30,774 bases of DNA from a virus (lineage: Duplodnaviria > Caudoviricetes): positions 1 through 30,774 of IMG/VR virus record IMGVR_UViG_3300023053_000231; one strand, written 5' to 3'. The notes under the pieces were generated by a model, which was not told the DNA's origin, did not search any database, and worked only from the letters and a program-made list of their open reading frames with translations. The stretch's first letter is position 1; each line of letters starts with the position of its first letter. This document shows, in pieces, positions 6,833 to 15,036 of this stretch. A program made the position numbers and the translations under genes.

Positions 6833-6853
6833 CGATGACTTCCTAGGTCATCG
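6833..6853. promoter_or_regulatory. Inverted repeat CGATGAC-N7-GTCATCG in the putative pR'/qut region
   Basis: Palindrome immediately after the Q stop. Confidence 0.35.
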
Positions 6854-6886
6854 AAATAGGCGGCAATCTTGCCACCATCCAATCGC

Positions 6887-6916
6887 AAGCCCCGGCCCAG
6901 CCGGGGCTTTTTCTTT
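6887..6916 (+). terminator. tR'-like intrinsic terminator
   Basis: AAGCCCCGGC-CCA-GCCGGGGCTT followed by TTTCTTT. Confidence 0.85.
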
Positions 6917-6991
6917 GCCCGCGTCCCAGCCGGACTAACTCTCGTGCCCAGCCGGCGCTAGGGGCGGGCACCCATCAACCGGGAGGGGCTT

Positions 6992-7219
6992 ATGCCGAAC
7001 CGGACAAGTCACGGGGCCACCATGAAGGACGAGATCATCAGCACTGCGGCCGGTGCCGTGGCCAAAGCCGCACCGCCGGTAACCGTCGCCGGCGCCGTCG
7101 CTGCGGGCGCGGATCTAGACCGCGTGGTGGTGGTGTTGACCATCGTCTATCTCGTTGGCCAGATCGGTTACCTCGGGTGGCGCTGGGTCCGCGAGTGGCG
7201 GCAGAGGGCGCAGGCATGA
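6992..7219 (+). CDS. Holin (possible dual start at 6992 and 7022)
   Basis: Small protein with hydrophobic segments and a basic C-terminus, upstream of the endolysin with ATGA overlap. Confidence 0.75.
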   Translation: MPNRTSHGATMKDEIISTAAGAVAKAAPPVTVAGAVAAGADLDRVVVVLTIVYLVGQIGYLGWRWVREWRQRAQA

Positions 7220-7680
7220 AGGCGAAAATCATCGGCGGGACTGCCGCAGCCGTTATTGCCCTGTCCGCCGCTGTGTTGGTCAAGCCGCGCGAGGGCTATG
7301 CACCGACGCCCTACATCGACATGGTCGGTGTCGCGACGTACTGCTACGGCGATACGGACAAGCCTGACAAGGCGTACTACACCGAGGCGGAGTGTGCTGC
7401 GCGGCTCAACAGCCGCCTGGGCGAGTACCTCACCGGCATACAGGCCTGCATCCATGTCCCGCTGGAACAGCACGAGTGGGCAGCACTGCTGAGCTGGTCC
7501 TACAACGTCGGGACCACCGCAGCCTGTGGCTCTTCGCTGGTGCGCAAGATCAACACCGGGCGACCGGCCTCTGCGTGGTGTCCAGAGCTGGACCGATGGG
7601 TCTACGCCGGTGGCAAGCGTGTGCAGGGCCTCGTCTATCGCCGCGCCGCTGAGCGCGCCATGTGTGAAGGGAGGAAATGA
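7216..7680 (+). CDS. SAR endolysin, GH24 lysozyme
   Basis: N-terminal Ala/Gly-rich SAR helix; catalytic E-X8-D-X5-T (EGYAPTPYIDMVGVAT); C-terminal WVYAGGKRVQGLVYRRAAE. Confidence 0.9.
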   Translation: MKAKIIGGTAAAVIALSAAVLVKPREGYAPTPYIDMVGVATYCYGDTDKPDKAYYTEAECAARLNSRLGEYLTGIQACIHVPLEQHEWAALLSWSYNVGTTAACGSSLVRKINTGRPASAWCPELDRWVYAGGKRVQGLVYRRAAERAMCEGRK

Positions 7681-7681
7681 C

Positions 7682-7825
7682 ATGTACGACGGTATCGGGA
7701 ACGCTTTCGCGTTCGGCCTGGTGTTGGCCATGGCTGCCGGCGCTGCGCTGATGGCCATTCTGTTCTGGCTGATCCCCTGGCTCTGGGAGCTGGTGAAGCC
7801 TTGGATCCACATGGTGACCATGTGA
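7682..7825 (+). CDS. Small membrane protein inside the lysis cassette (47 aa)
   Basis: GGAGG RBS; long hydrophobic Trp-rich segment; stop overlaps the Rz GTG. Confidence 0.65.
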   Translation: MYDGIGNAFAFGLVLAMAAGAALMAILFWLIPWLWELVKPWIHMVTM

Positions 7826-8298
7826 GCCGCACCGCCATCGCAGTTGCAGCCTTCGCCCTGTGGTCCGCGGCCATGTTCGGTGCTGGCTGGGCTTGGCGTG
7901 GTGATCGCGCTGAGGGTGCCGATGCGCGGCAGCAGGCCAGCGCTAGCTCCGCCCAGGTGCAGCAGGTCAACCAGAGCCGTGCCACCGAGCACGCCCAGGC
8001 CGAGACACTGGCCACCATTGGAGCGAAGCATGAAGAAGACCGGACTGCGGCCGAGGCCGTCCCTGCTGCTGTTGTGGCTGGCCTGCGCAGCGGCAATCTC
8101 CGCCTGCGCGACGACCTCGCCACCTGCCACACCGCTCGCCTGTCCGAAGCTGCCGCCGGCGCCGTCGAACGTGATGCGCGCGCCGAACTACGTCCAGAGG
8201 TTGTCGGAGCTGCTGTTCGAATCGTCACCGACGCCGAGGACCACGTCCGAGCCTGCCAAGCAGTGATCGCCGCTGACCGCCAGCCGGTGACGCAATGA
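7822..8298 (+). CDS. Rz: Rz-like inner-membrane spanin
   Basis: N-terminal TM, coiled coil, 'GLRSGNLRL' motif, C-terminal ACQ. Confidence 0.85.
   Translation: MSRTAIAVAAFALWSAAMFGAGWAWRGDRAEGADARQQASASSAQVQQVNQSRATEHAQAETLATIGAKHEEDRTAAEAVPAAVVAGLRSGNLRLRDDLATCHTARLSEAAAGAVERDARAELRPEVVGAAVRIVTDAEDHVRACQAVIAADRQPVTQ
8030..8266 (+). CDS. Rz1: Rz1-like outer-membrane lipoprotein spanin embedded in Rz
   Basis: +1 frame inside Rz; signal peptide with lipobox ISAC; Pro-rich mature part with a second Cys. Confidence 0.85.
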   Translation: MKKTGLRPRPSLLLLWLACAAAISACATTSPPATPLACPKLPPAPSNVMRAPNYVQRLSELLFESSPTPRTTSEPAKQ

Positions 8299-8639
8299 AC
8301 CGCCGGATGCTGGCACTGGGCCGGTTGAAGGCCGGCGAGATGAACAAGACCGAGGCGGCGTATGCCTCGCGGCTGAGCGCGTTGCAGGCTGCCGGCGAAA
8401 TCCAATGGCACCGCTTCGAGGGCCTGAAGCTACGTCTGGCGGACAACACGTTCTACACCCCGGACTTTGCGGTCATGGCAGCCGACGGCGTCATGGAGTG
8501 CCACGAGGTGAAGGGCCATTGGCAGGACGATGCAAGGGCCAAGATCAAGATCGCCGCGTCCATGTACCCGTTCCGCTTCATCGCAGTGAAGGTCAAGGCC
8601 AAGCGGGACGGCGGCGGCTGGGCAGTGGAGGAGTTCTGA
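8295..8639 (+). CDS. DUF1064-like PD-(D/E)XK nuclease
   Basis: MNKTEAAY...YTPDF...HEVKG motif. Confidence 0.75.
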   Translation: MNRRMLALGRLKAGEMNKTEAAYASRLSALQAAGEIQWHRFEGLKLRLADNTFYTPDFAVMAADGVMECHEVKGHWQDDARAKIKIAASMYPFRFIAVKVKAKRDGGGWAVEEF

Positions 8640-8821
8640 TGGCTGGAGCAGTGACGGCTACCGTCCGCATGCGCTGGTGGCTGCGGTGCTACTTGGCCGC
8701 AGTGGTGTGGTTTGCCAGGACGACGGGGATGGAACCGGAATGGGAACGGGTCGAGGGATGGATACGCCGCGGCTTGGTACTGCGAACGACGAGGGTTGCT
8801 GATGGACGTTCCACAGATTGA
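8639..8821 (+). CDS. Hypothetical protein (60 aa)
   Basis: TGATG overlap; GGAGGAG RBS. Confidence 0.6.
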   Translation: MAGAVTATVRMRWWLRCYLAAVVWFARTTGMEPEWERVEGWIRRGLVLRTTRVADGRSTD

Positions 8822-9092
8822 AGAGCTGGCGGCAGCACTGGCCGCTGAGCAGGCTGCGCGCGCTGCAGCAGTCACCGCCTTGGCCGCGCGCATCGATGGC
8901 AGCACAGACGCTCGCATTGACCGTCTGGTCGGGGTCATCGAGCAGCAGGGCGAGCAGATCGCGGAGCTGGCGGCGCATGTCGGCATGCTGGTCCAATCTG
9001 TCGCGCAGCTGTTGGGGGAGGAGGCTGGCACACCGGTTCCGGACGAAGGTGCCGAGCCTCCGCGCGTGGACTTGGACGGGAACCCGTACTGA
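8802..9092 (+). CDS. Hypothetical coiled-coil protein (96 aa, ends DLDGNPY)
   Basis: GAGG RBS; typical pre-HNH gene of cos phages. Confidence 0.7.
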   Translation: MDVPQIEELAAALAAEQAARAAAVTALAARIDGSTDARIDRLVGVIEQQGEQIAELAAHVGMLVQSVAQLLGEEAGTPVPDEGAEPPRVDLDGNPY

Positions 9093-9418
9093 TGCCGGTC
9101 AGGCCACCGCAGCACCGAGCGGCAGGTTGGCGTCCCTACAAAGAAACCAGCGCCCAGGTGCGCAAGAGGCAGGCCCGCCGCGCGCTGCCAACGAACTCAG
9201 CGCTCTGGAGGCGGATCCGAGCGGTGGTGCTGGCCCGTGAGCCGCTGTGCAGGTGCTGCGCGGAGCAGGGAAGGGTGCGGGCAGCCACTGAGGTCGACCA
9301 CATCGACGGGGACGATGCCAACAACGCCGACAGCAACCTGCAGCCCCTGTGCCGGCCGTGCCACAGCACGAAAACAGCGCTGGAGAACGGCGGATTCGGC
9401 CGAGGAGCGCGAGATTGA
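9092..9418 (+). CDS. HNH endonuclease (HK97 gp74-like packaging cofactor)
   Basis: PLCRCC...EVDHIDG...NLQPLCRPCHSTKT; directly upstream of terS. Confidence 0.9.
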   Translation: MPVRPPQHRAAGWRPYKETSAQVRKRQARRALPTNSALWRRIRAVVLAREPLCRCCAEQGRVRAATEVDHIDGDDANNADSNLQPLCRPCHSTKTALENGGFGRGARD

Positions 9419-9582
9419 TGGTTCCACGAGCGTGGAACGTGCACAACCACGCAAATTAACGAAATATTAACATTTGAACGGGGGGGAGAGTCAAAGTTCG
9501 GCGCCCTCTCGCGCCGATACGCGCGCCCCCCTTTCTTCGCGCGTCCACAGAATTTGAATTTCAGATTTGGAGCTGACCGGCG
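9419..9582. promoter_or_regulatory. Putative cos packaging region
   Basis: Intergenic between HNH and terS; AT-rich tract 9452-9478, GGGGGGGAGAGTCAAAG, GC-rich core ACGCGCGCCCCCC at about 9520-9532, typical of 3'-cos phages. Confidence 0.6.
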
Positions 9583-9963
9583 ATGGCCAGGCACAAGCAG
9601 CCCGCCGAGCTGGCCAAGCTCAAGGGGGCGGATAAGCGCAACCCACAGCGCTACAAGACAGAGGCGCCAAAGACGGGGAAGGCGCTGGGCAAGGTGCCCG
9701 GCCATCTGCCCGAAGAGGTCTCAGTGGTCTGGAAGGAGCTGGAGAAGTGCGCCCTGCCGGGCGTCCTCACCAGCGCAGACCGTTTCATCATGGAAGTGGC
9801 GTCATCGCTGCTTTCCGAGTTCCGCGCCAATCGCGGCGAGTTCGTCGCGGCCAAGTACTCCCACCTGATCGGCTGCCTGGCGCGCTTGGGCCTGACCCCG
9901 GCGGACCGTCAGAAGCTGGGGACCGAGAAGACCCCGGAGGGCAACCCATTCGACGAGTTCTGA
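9583..9963 (+). CDS. terS: Terminase small subunit
   Basis: ARHKQPAELAKLKG N-terminus and 'LGLTPADRQKL' C-terminus (P27-type TerS). Confidence 0.85.
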   Translation: MARHKQPAELAKLKGADKRNPQRYKTEAPKTGKALGKVPGHLPEEVSVVWKELEKCALPGVLTSADRFIMEVASSLLSEFRANRGEFVAAKYSHLIGCLARLGLTPADRQKLGTEKTPEGNPFDEF

Positions 9964-9966
9964 TCC

Positions 9967-11637
9967 ATGACCCCCACCGAATCAGCCAAGGCCTACGCCA
10001 AGGGCGTGACGGCGGGAAAGATCATTGCCAACGAGTTCATCCGGTTGGCCTGCCAGCGGTTCCTCGATGACCTGAAGCGAAAGGGGGCCGACTGGCCCTA
10101 CAAGTACGACGCCGAGAAGGCAGACCGTGCGGTGCGCTTCATGGAGAAGATGCCGCACACCAAGGGAAAGTGGGCGGCGCAGAAACGGCTGCTGGTGCTT
10201 GAGCCCTGGCAGCGCTTCATTGAGTGCAATTTGTTCGGCTGGGTCCACAAGAAGACGGGGCATCGGCGGTTCCGCCGTGCCTACGAGGAGATCCCGCGCA
10301 AGAACGGCAAGTCGCTTCGCCTGGCTGCCCGTGGCCTGTACTTGTTCTGCGCAGACGGCGAGGCAGGTGCCGAGGTCTACTCAGGCGCCACCAGCGAGAA
10401 ACAGGCCTTCGAGGTGTTTCGGCCGGCCTGGCAGATGGTCCAGAAACTGCCGGCGCTGCGCTCGCGCTTCGGCATTGAGCAGGCTGGCAACCCGAAGAAC
10501 CCCGGCCCGCTCTTCGTCATGGAGGACATGTCGAAGTTCGAGACGATGATCGGCAAGCCGGGCGACGGTTCGAGCCCGCATGCTGCGCTCGTGGACGAGT
10601 ACCACGAGCACGACGACGACCACATGGTCGATGCGATGGAAACGGGTATGGGCGCGCGCGAGCAGCCCCTGCTGTCGATCATCACCACAGCCGGCACCAA
10701 TCTATCCGGCCCTTGCTTCGAAATGCGGGGCGATGCGATACGCATCCTGCGCGGCGAGGTCACCGACGAAACGGTTTTCGCCGCGATCTACTGCATCGAT
10801 GAGGGCGACCGTTGGGACGACCCGGCGAGCCTGCGCAAAGCTAACCCCAACTACGGCGTGTCTGTATTCGAGCAGTTCCTGCTCGATCAGCTGGCTAAGG
10901 CAAAGCGGTCAGCGAGCAAGCAGAGCGCTTTCCGCACCAAGCACTTGAACGACTGGGTGGGCGCCAAGCTCGCGTGGATGAACATGCTGGCGTGGCAGCG
11001 GCAGAAGCGGGCGTTTGAGATTGACGACTTCGCCGGGTGCCCGTGCTGGGTCGGCGTTGACCTGGCTTCGAAGCTGGACGTGGCCGCGGTCGTGATGCTG
11101 TTCGAGAAGGACGACAGCTACTACGTCATCCCAAGGTTCTACGTGCCGGAGTCGGCCGTGGAGGATAACGAGAAGTACCAGCATTTCCTGCTGGACGAGC
11201 TGATCGTGTCCACCCCCGGCAACATGACCGATTACGCCTTCATCGAAGAAGAGCTGAAGGAGCTTGCCGCGCGGGGTATCGACGTTCGGGATATCGCGTT
11301 CGATCCGGCCCAGGCGGCGTACCTCATGACGAGGCTGGAGCAGGAAAGCCTGCCGGTGGTCGAGATGGCACAGTCCGTGCGCAATCTGTCAGAGCCGATG
11401 AAGGAAGTGGAAGCGCTGATCCTCTCACGTCGCTTGTGGCACGACGGCAACGCGGCGATGACATGGATGATGGGCAACGTGGTTGCGCGCCTGGACGCGA
11501 AGGAGCACGTCTACCCGCGCAAGGAAAAGATGGAGAGCAAGATCGACGGCGCGGTGGCGCTAATCATGGCCATGGGCCGCGCCATGCAGGCGCGGGACAC
11601 CGGCACAACCCAACAAGGCTTCGTGGTGATCGACTGA
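9967..11637 (+). CDS. terL: Terminase large subunit
   Basis: LEPWQ, Walker A PRKNGKS, Walker B LVDEYHE, ITTAG, GVDLASKLD, KIDGAVA. Confidence 0.97.
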   Translation: MTPTESAKAYAKGVTAGKIIANEFIRLACQRFLDDLKRKGADWPYKYDAEKADRAVRFMEKMPHTKGKWAAQKRLLVLEPWQRFIECNLFGWVHKKTGHRRFRRAYEEIPRKNGKSLRLAARGLYLFCADGEAGAEVYSGATSEKQAFEVFRPAWQMVQKLPALRSRFGIEQAGNPKNPGPLFVMEDMSKFETMIGKPGDGSSPHAALVDEYHEHDDDHMVDAMETGMGAREQPLLSIITTAGTNLSGPCFEMRGDAIRILRGEVTDETVFAAIYCIDEGDRWDDPASLRKANPNYGVSVFEQFLLDQLAKAKRSASKQSAFRTKHLNDWVGAKLAWMNMLAWQRQKRAFEIDDFAGCPCWVGVDLASKLDVAAVVMLFEKDDSYYVIPRFYVPESAVEDNEKYQHFLLDELIVSTPGNMTDYAFIEEELKELAARGIDVRDIAFDPAQAAYLMTRLEQESLPVVEMAQSVRNLSEPMKEVEALILSRRLWHDGNAAMTWMMGNVVARLDAKEHVYPRKEKMESKIDGAVALIMAMGRAMQARDTGTTQQGFVVID

Positions 11638-12941
11638 TGTTCGGACTATTCGAGAAGAACCGGCGGGCCGATGCCCGCGACCGTATCGAGCCGACGATCA
11701 GCAACCTGGTCGACGGCGAGGTGATCCAATCCTCCAGCCCGGCAATGTTCGAGGTGTTCGGGAACCCGACGACCGCCTCTGGTGCCGTGGTCAGCCCGGA
11801 ATCCGCGATGCGGGTCTCGGCGGTGTTCGCCGCCGTTTCGTTGCTCGCAGGTGCGATAGCCCAGCTGCCGCTGCCCGTCTTCGAGCGTGTGGATGGGCAC
11901 CGCAAGCGGGCTGAGCACGACTACTGGTGGCTGCTTAACGAACAGTTCTCCTCCGGTTGGTCAAGCGCCACCGGCTGGGAGTTCATCGTCGGCCAAATGC
12001 TGCTGCGCGGTGATGGCGTCGCCTACATGACGCGTAACCGCGCCGGCGTGGCGACCGGGCTGATTCCCTGGCCCCGCGACAGAGTGATGATTCTCAAGCA
12101 GGACAAGACCAGCCCGCGTGAACCGACGCGCCTGCAATACACGTTCCACGACGTGGAGGGGTACTTCACCGTTGACCAGGACGATGTGCTCCATTTCCCC
12201 GGCTTCGGATTCAACGGCGTGCACGGCATGTCGGTGATCCAGTGGGGTGCTCGGAACGGCATCGGCATTGCCATCCAAGGGGATGCGCATGCCGGCAAGT
12301 TCTTCAGCGAGGGCGGTAAGCCGGAGGTGGCCATCACGGCGACCAACAAGATGAACCAGGCGATGCAGGATGACTTCCGCGATGCCTGGGTCAAGAAGTA
12401 CGGAGGCACGCAGGGCAACCGCCGCATACCTCTGATCCTGACGGAAGGGCTCGATATCAAGGAGCTGACCATGTCCGCCGTCGACCAGCAGCTGCTGGAG
12501 TCCCGGCAATGGCAGGTCATCGACGTGGCTCGCGCATTCGGTGTTCCGCCTCACATGATCGGCGAGACGACCAAGTCCACCAGCTGGGGCAGCGGCATCG
12601 AGAGCATGGGCATCGGCTTCGTGAAGTACACGCTGGGTCCGCACCTGAAACGGATCAAGGACGAGCTGAACCGCAAGCTGTTCCGCACGCCGCGCTACTT
12701 CGTTGAGCACAACGTTGACATGTTCATGGCCGGTGACTCGAAAACGCAGGCTGAGTACTTCAGCAAGGCGCTGGGCGGCCCCGGAACGACAGGCTGGATG
12801 GTCGTGAACGAAGTCCGCCGCCTCAAGAACCTGCCTCCCATCGAGGGTGGCGACGAGCTTTACAAACCGAAAGATCCCGCGCCACCGGCGAAGCCCAGCG
12901 GCGACGACCCTGAAAGGAACCCTGACGATGCCGATTCCTAA
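11637..12941 (+). CDS. HK97-family portal protein
   Basis: AMRVSAVFAAVSLLAGAIAQLP, VLHF, VARAFGVPPHMIG, NEVRRLKNLPPIEGGDEL. Confidence 0.95.
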   Translation: MFGLFEKNRRADARDRIEPTISNLVDGEVIQSSSPAMFEVFGNPTTASGAVVSPESAMRVSAVFAAVSLLAGAIAQLPLPVFERVDGHRKRAEHDYWWLLNEQFSSGWSSATGWEFIVGQMLLRGDGVAYMTRNRAGVATGLIPWPRDRVMILKQDKTSPREPTRLQYTFHDVEGYFTVDQDDVLHFPGFGFNGVHGMSVIQWGARNGIGIAIQGDAHAGKFFSEGGKPEVAITATNKMNQAMQDDFRDAWVKKYGGTQGNRRIPLILTEGLDIKELTMSAVDQQLLESRQWQVIDVARAFGVPPHMIGETTKSTSWGSGIESMGIGFVKYTLGPHLKRIKDELNRKLFRTPRYFVEHNVDMFMAGDSKTQAEYFSKALGGPGTTGWMVVNEVRRLKNLPPIEGGDELYKPKDPAPPAKPSGDDPERNPDDADS

Positions 12942-13665
12942 GCTGCTGCAGCTGGCCAAGAACAATGCAGGCCAGTCCCGGCCGATCCGCGCCGAGGCGG
13001 ACGGCAAAGAGGCCACCATCTACCTGCACGGCGTTATCGGTGGGTGGTGGGGCGATATTGACGAAACGATGTTCGCCCAGGCCATGGCGGGCATTGACGC
13101 GGACGTGATCCACCTGCGCATTGACTCGCCCGGCGGCGACGTGTTCGCGGCACGTTCGATGATGACCGCCATTGCCCAGCACAAGGCAACGGTTATTGCC
13201 CACATCGATGGCTTGGCCGCCTCGGCTATGACGGGGGTTTGCATGGCATGCGACAAGGTCGAGATCAGCCAAGGCGCCGGGTTCATGATCCACAACGCGT
13301 GGACAATCACAGTCGGCAACAAGGCAGACATGACCAAGACTGGCGAGCTGCTGGCCAAGATCGATGCCGGCCTGGCTGGTGACTACACCCGCCGCACCGG
13401 TAAGGATCAGGCGCAGATCGTCCAGTGGATGGACGAAGAGACCTGGTTCACGGCTGACGAGGCCAAGGAACACGGCTTCGCAGACGAGGTGGTGGAGATC
13501 GTGGGCAAGAAGAAGGCATCCAACACCTGGGATCTTTCCGCATACGAAAACGCTCCGGCCGCGCTGGCCAATCGCAAGACCGAACCCGACGACGGCGCAG
13601 CCGCCGCGGCCCACAAAGCCAACCTGTCGCGCCGTCTGGCGCTGCTGGAACGCTCCGCTGCGTAA
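12928..13665 (+). CDS. ClpP-type (S14) head maturation protease
   Basis: IDSPGGDVF, DGLAASA, FMIHNAW, ETWFTADEAKEHGFAD. Confidence 0.93.
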   Translation: MPIPKLLQLAKNNAGQSRPIRAEADGKEATIYLHGVIGGWWGDIDETMFAQAMAGIDADVIHLRIDSPGGDVFAARSMMTAIAQHKATVIAHIDGLAASAMTGVCMACDKVEISQGAGFMIHNAWTITVGNKADMTKTGELLAKIDAGLAGDYTRRTGKDQAQIVQWMDEETWFTADEAKEHGFADEVVEIVGKKKASNTWDLSAYENAPAALANRKTEPDDGAAAAAHKANLSRRLALLERSAA

Positions 13666-13690
13666 GCGACTCCCGCCCGCAGTTACTCCG

Positions 13691-13713
13691 ACCGCCGAAA
13701 GGCGGTTTTTTTT
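13691..13713 (+). terminator. Intrinsic terminator-like hairpin upstream of the capsid gene
   Basis: ACCGCC-GAAA-GGCGGT followed by 7 T. Confidence 0.8.
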
Positions 13714-13732
13714 CGACCAGAGGAAATAGCCA

Positions 13733-14980
13733 ATGCCCTTCAACATTCAGGCCGAGCGGGAGCGCCGTACCGCGCTGGCAAAGGAAACCCGCAACCTGCT
13801 GGACACCAGCACCGGTGACGGCAACAAGTGGACCCCGGAAAACCAGAAGAAGTACGACGAGAACGTCGGCGAGATCGAGCGAATCGATGCGGCTATCGAG
13901 CGCCACCAGAAGGTCATGGACCTGACGGCCGACGAGGCACTGCGCGAACAGGGCGTGCGCGAGCACTCCACCTCCGCGACCCGTGGTGGCCGGGAGCTGT
14001 CCAACGAAATGCGGCTGTTCGACCGCTGGGCACGCGGTGGTGACGGCGCCCTGAACGCAGAGGACTGGAAGCAGGTCAACGCGGCAATGTCGGGCAACCC
14101 GGCCGTCAACCCGGAACAGGGCGGCTACACCGTGCCGACCACGCTGGCCGAGCAGATCCTGGAATCGCTCAAGGCCTACGGCGGCATGCGCCAGGTGGCC
14201 GACGTGTTCAGCACCGCCGGCGGCGAGCCGATGCAGTACCCGACCAGCGACGGCACCTCGGAAGAGGGCGAGCTGGTGGCCGAGAATCAGTCTGCGACCG
14301 ACCAGGATGTGGCTTTCGGCACCAAGGGCCTGCAGGTCTACAAGTACAGCTCCAAGGTGGTGACCGTGCCGTGGGAGCTGCTGCAGGACAGCACTGCCGA
14401 TATTGCCGGCTTCATCGAGAAGCGGCTGCAGACCCGCCTGGGCCGCATCACCAATCGCAACTACACCGTCGGCAGCGGCGTCGGTCAGCCGATGGGTGCT
14501 TTCACTGCGGCCTCGGTTGGCAAGATCGGTTCCGCGTCGGCTCTCCCGATCATCACCTATGACGACCTGGTGGATCTGGAGCACAGCGTCGACCCGGCCT
14601 ATCGCGCGCTGGCGAAGTGGATGTTCCACGACGACATGCTCAAGCTGATTCGCAAGGTGAAGGACGACCAGGGCCGGCCGATCTTCGTACCGGGCTACGA
14701 GCAGGGCAACCCGGGCGGTGCGCCGGATCGCCTGCTCAACCGCGATATCCAGATCAACCAGCACGCCCCGGCGCCGGCAGCCGGGGCAACTTCCATCGCG
14801 TTCGGCGACTTCAGCTACTACAAGATCCGCGACGTGATGGCGGTGACCCTGTTCCGCTTCAACGACTCGGCCTACGTCAAGAAGGGACAGGTGGGCTTCA
14901 TGGCGTGGATGCGCTCCGGCGGCAACCTGGTTGATGTGGGTGGAGCGCTGAAGACCTTCAAGCACGGCGCCGCGGCCTAA
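13733..14980 (+). CDS. HK97-fold major capsid protein with N-terminal delta (scaffold) domain
   Basis: Coiled-coil N-terminus, GGYTVP, VAEN, ELLQDS, KDDQGRPIF, IAFGDFSYY. Confidence 0.95.
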   Translation: MPFNIQAERERRTALAKETRNLLDTSTGDGNKWTPENQKKYDENVGEIERIDAAIERHQKVMDLTADEALREQGVREHSTSATRGGRELSNEMRLFDRWARGGDGALNAEDWKQVNAAMSGNPAVNPEQGGYTVPTTLAEQILESLKAYGGMRQVADVFSTAGGEPMQYPTSDGTSEEGELVAENQSATDQDVAFGTKGLQVYKYSSKVVTVPWELLQDSTADIAGFIEKRLQTRLGRITNRNYTVGSGVGQPMGAFTAASVGKIGSASALPIITYDDLVDLEHSVDPAYRALAKWMFHDDMLKLIRKVKDDQGRPIFVPGYEQGNPGGAPDRLLNRDIQINQHAPAPAAGATSIAFGDFSYYKIRDVMAVTLFRFNDSAYVKKGQVGFMAWMRSGGNLVDVGGALKTFKHGAAA

Positions 14981-14998
14981 GCGCCCGGACCACGAACG

Positions 14999-15026
14999 GA
15001 GGGGCGCCCCGCGTGGGGCGTCCCTC
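14999..15026 (+). promoter_or_regulatory. Strong GC hairpin after the capsid gene, abutting the next RBS
   Basis: GAGGGGCGCCCC-GCGT-GGGGCGTCCCTC, then GGAG at 15027-15030; no U-tract. Confidence 0.55.
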
Positions 15027-15036
15027 GGAGACGATC

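Noticed and set aside
13448-14965. 505-aa antisense ORF over the capsid gene (similarly 2560-3672, 11961-13019, 25187-26983, 27413-28474)
   Set aside because: Shadow ORFs expected opposite high-GC3 genes; no RBS or motifs, and atypical composition.
14935-15036. Possible -1 frameshift fusing the capsid to the downstream acidic protein (that frame is open from 14935 and a hairpin follows the capsid stop)
   Set aside because: No X XXY YYZ slippery heptamer before the stop, and the downstream gene has its own RBS and ATG.
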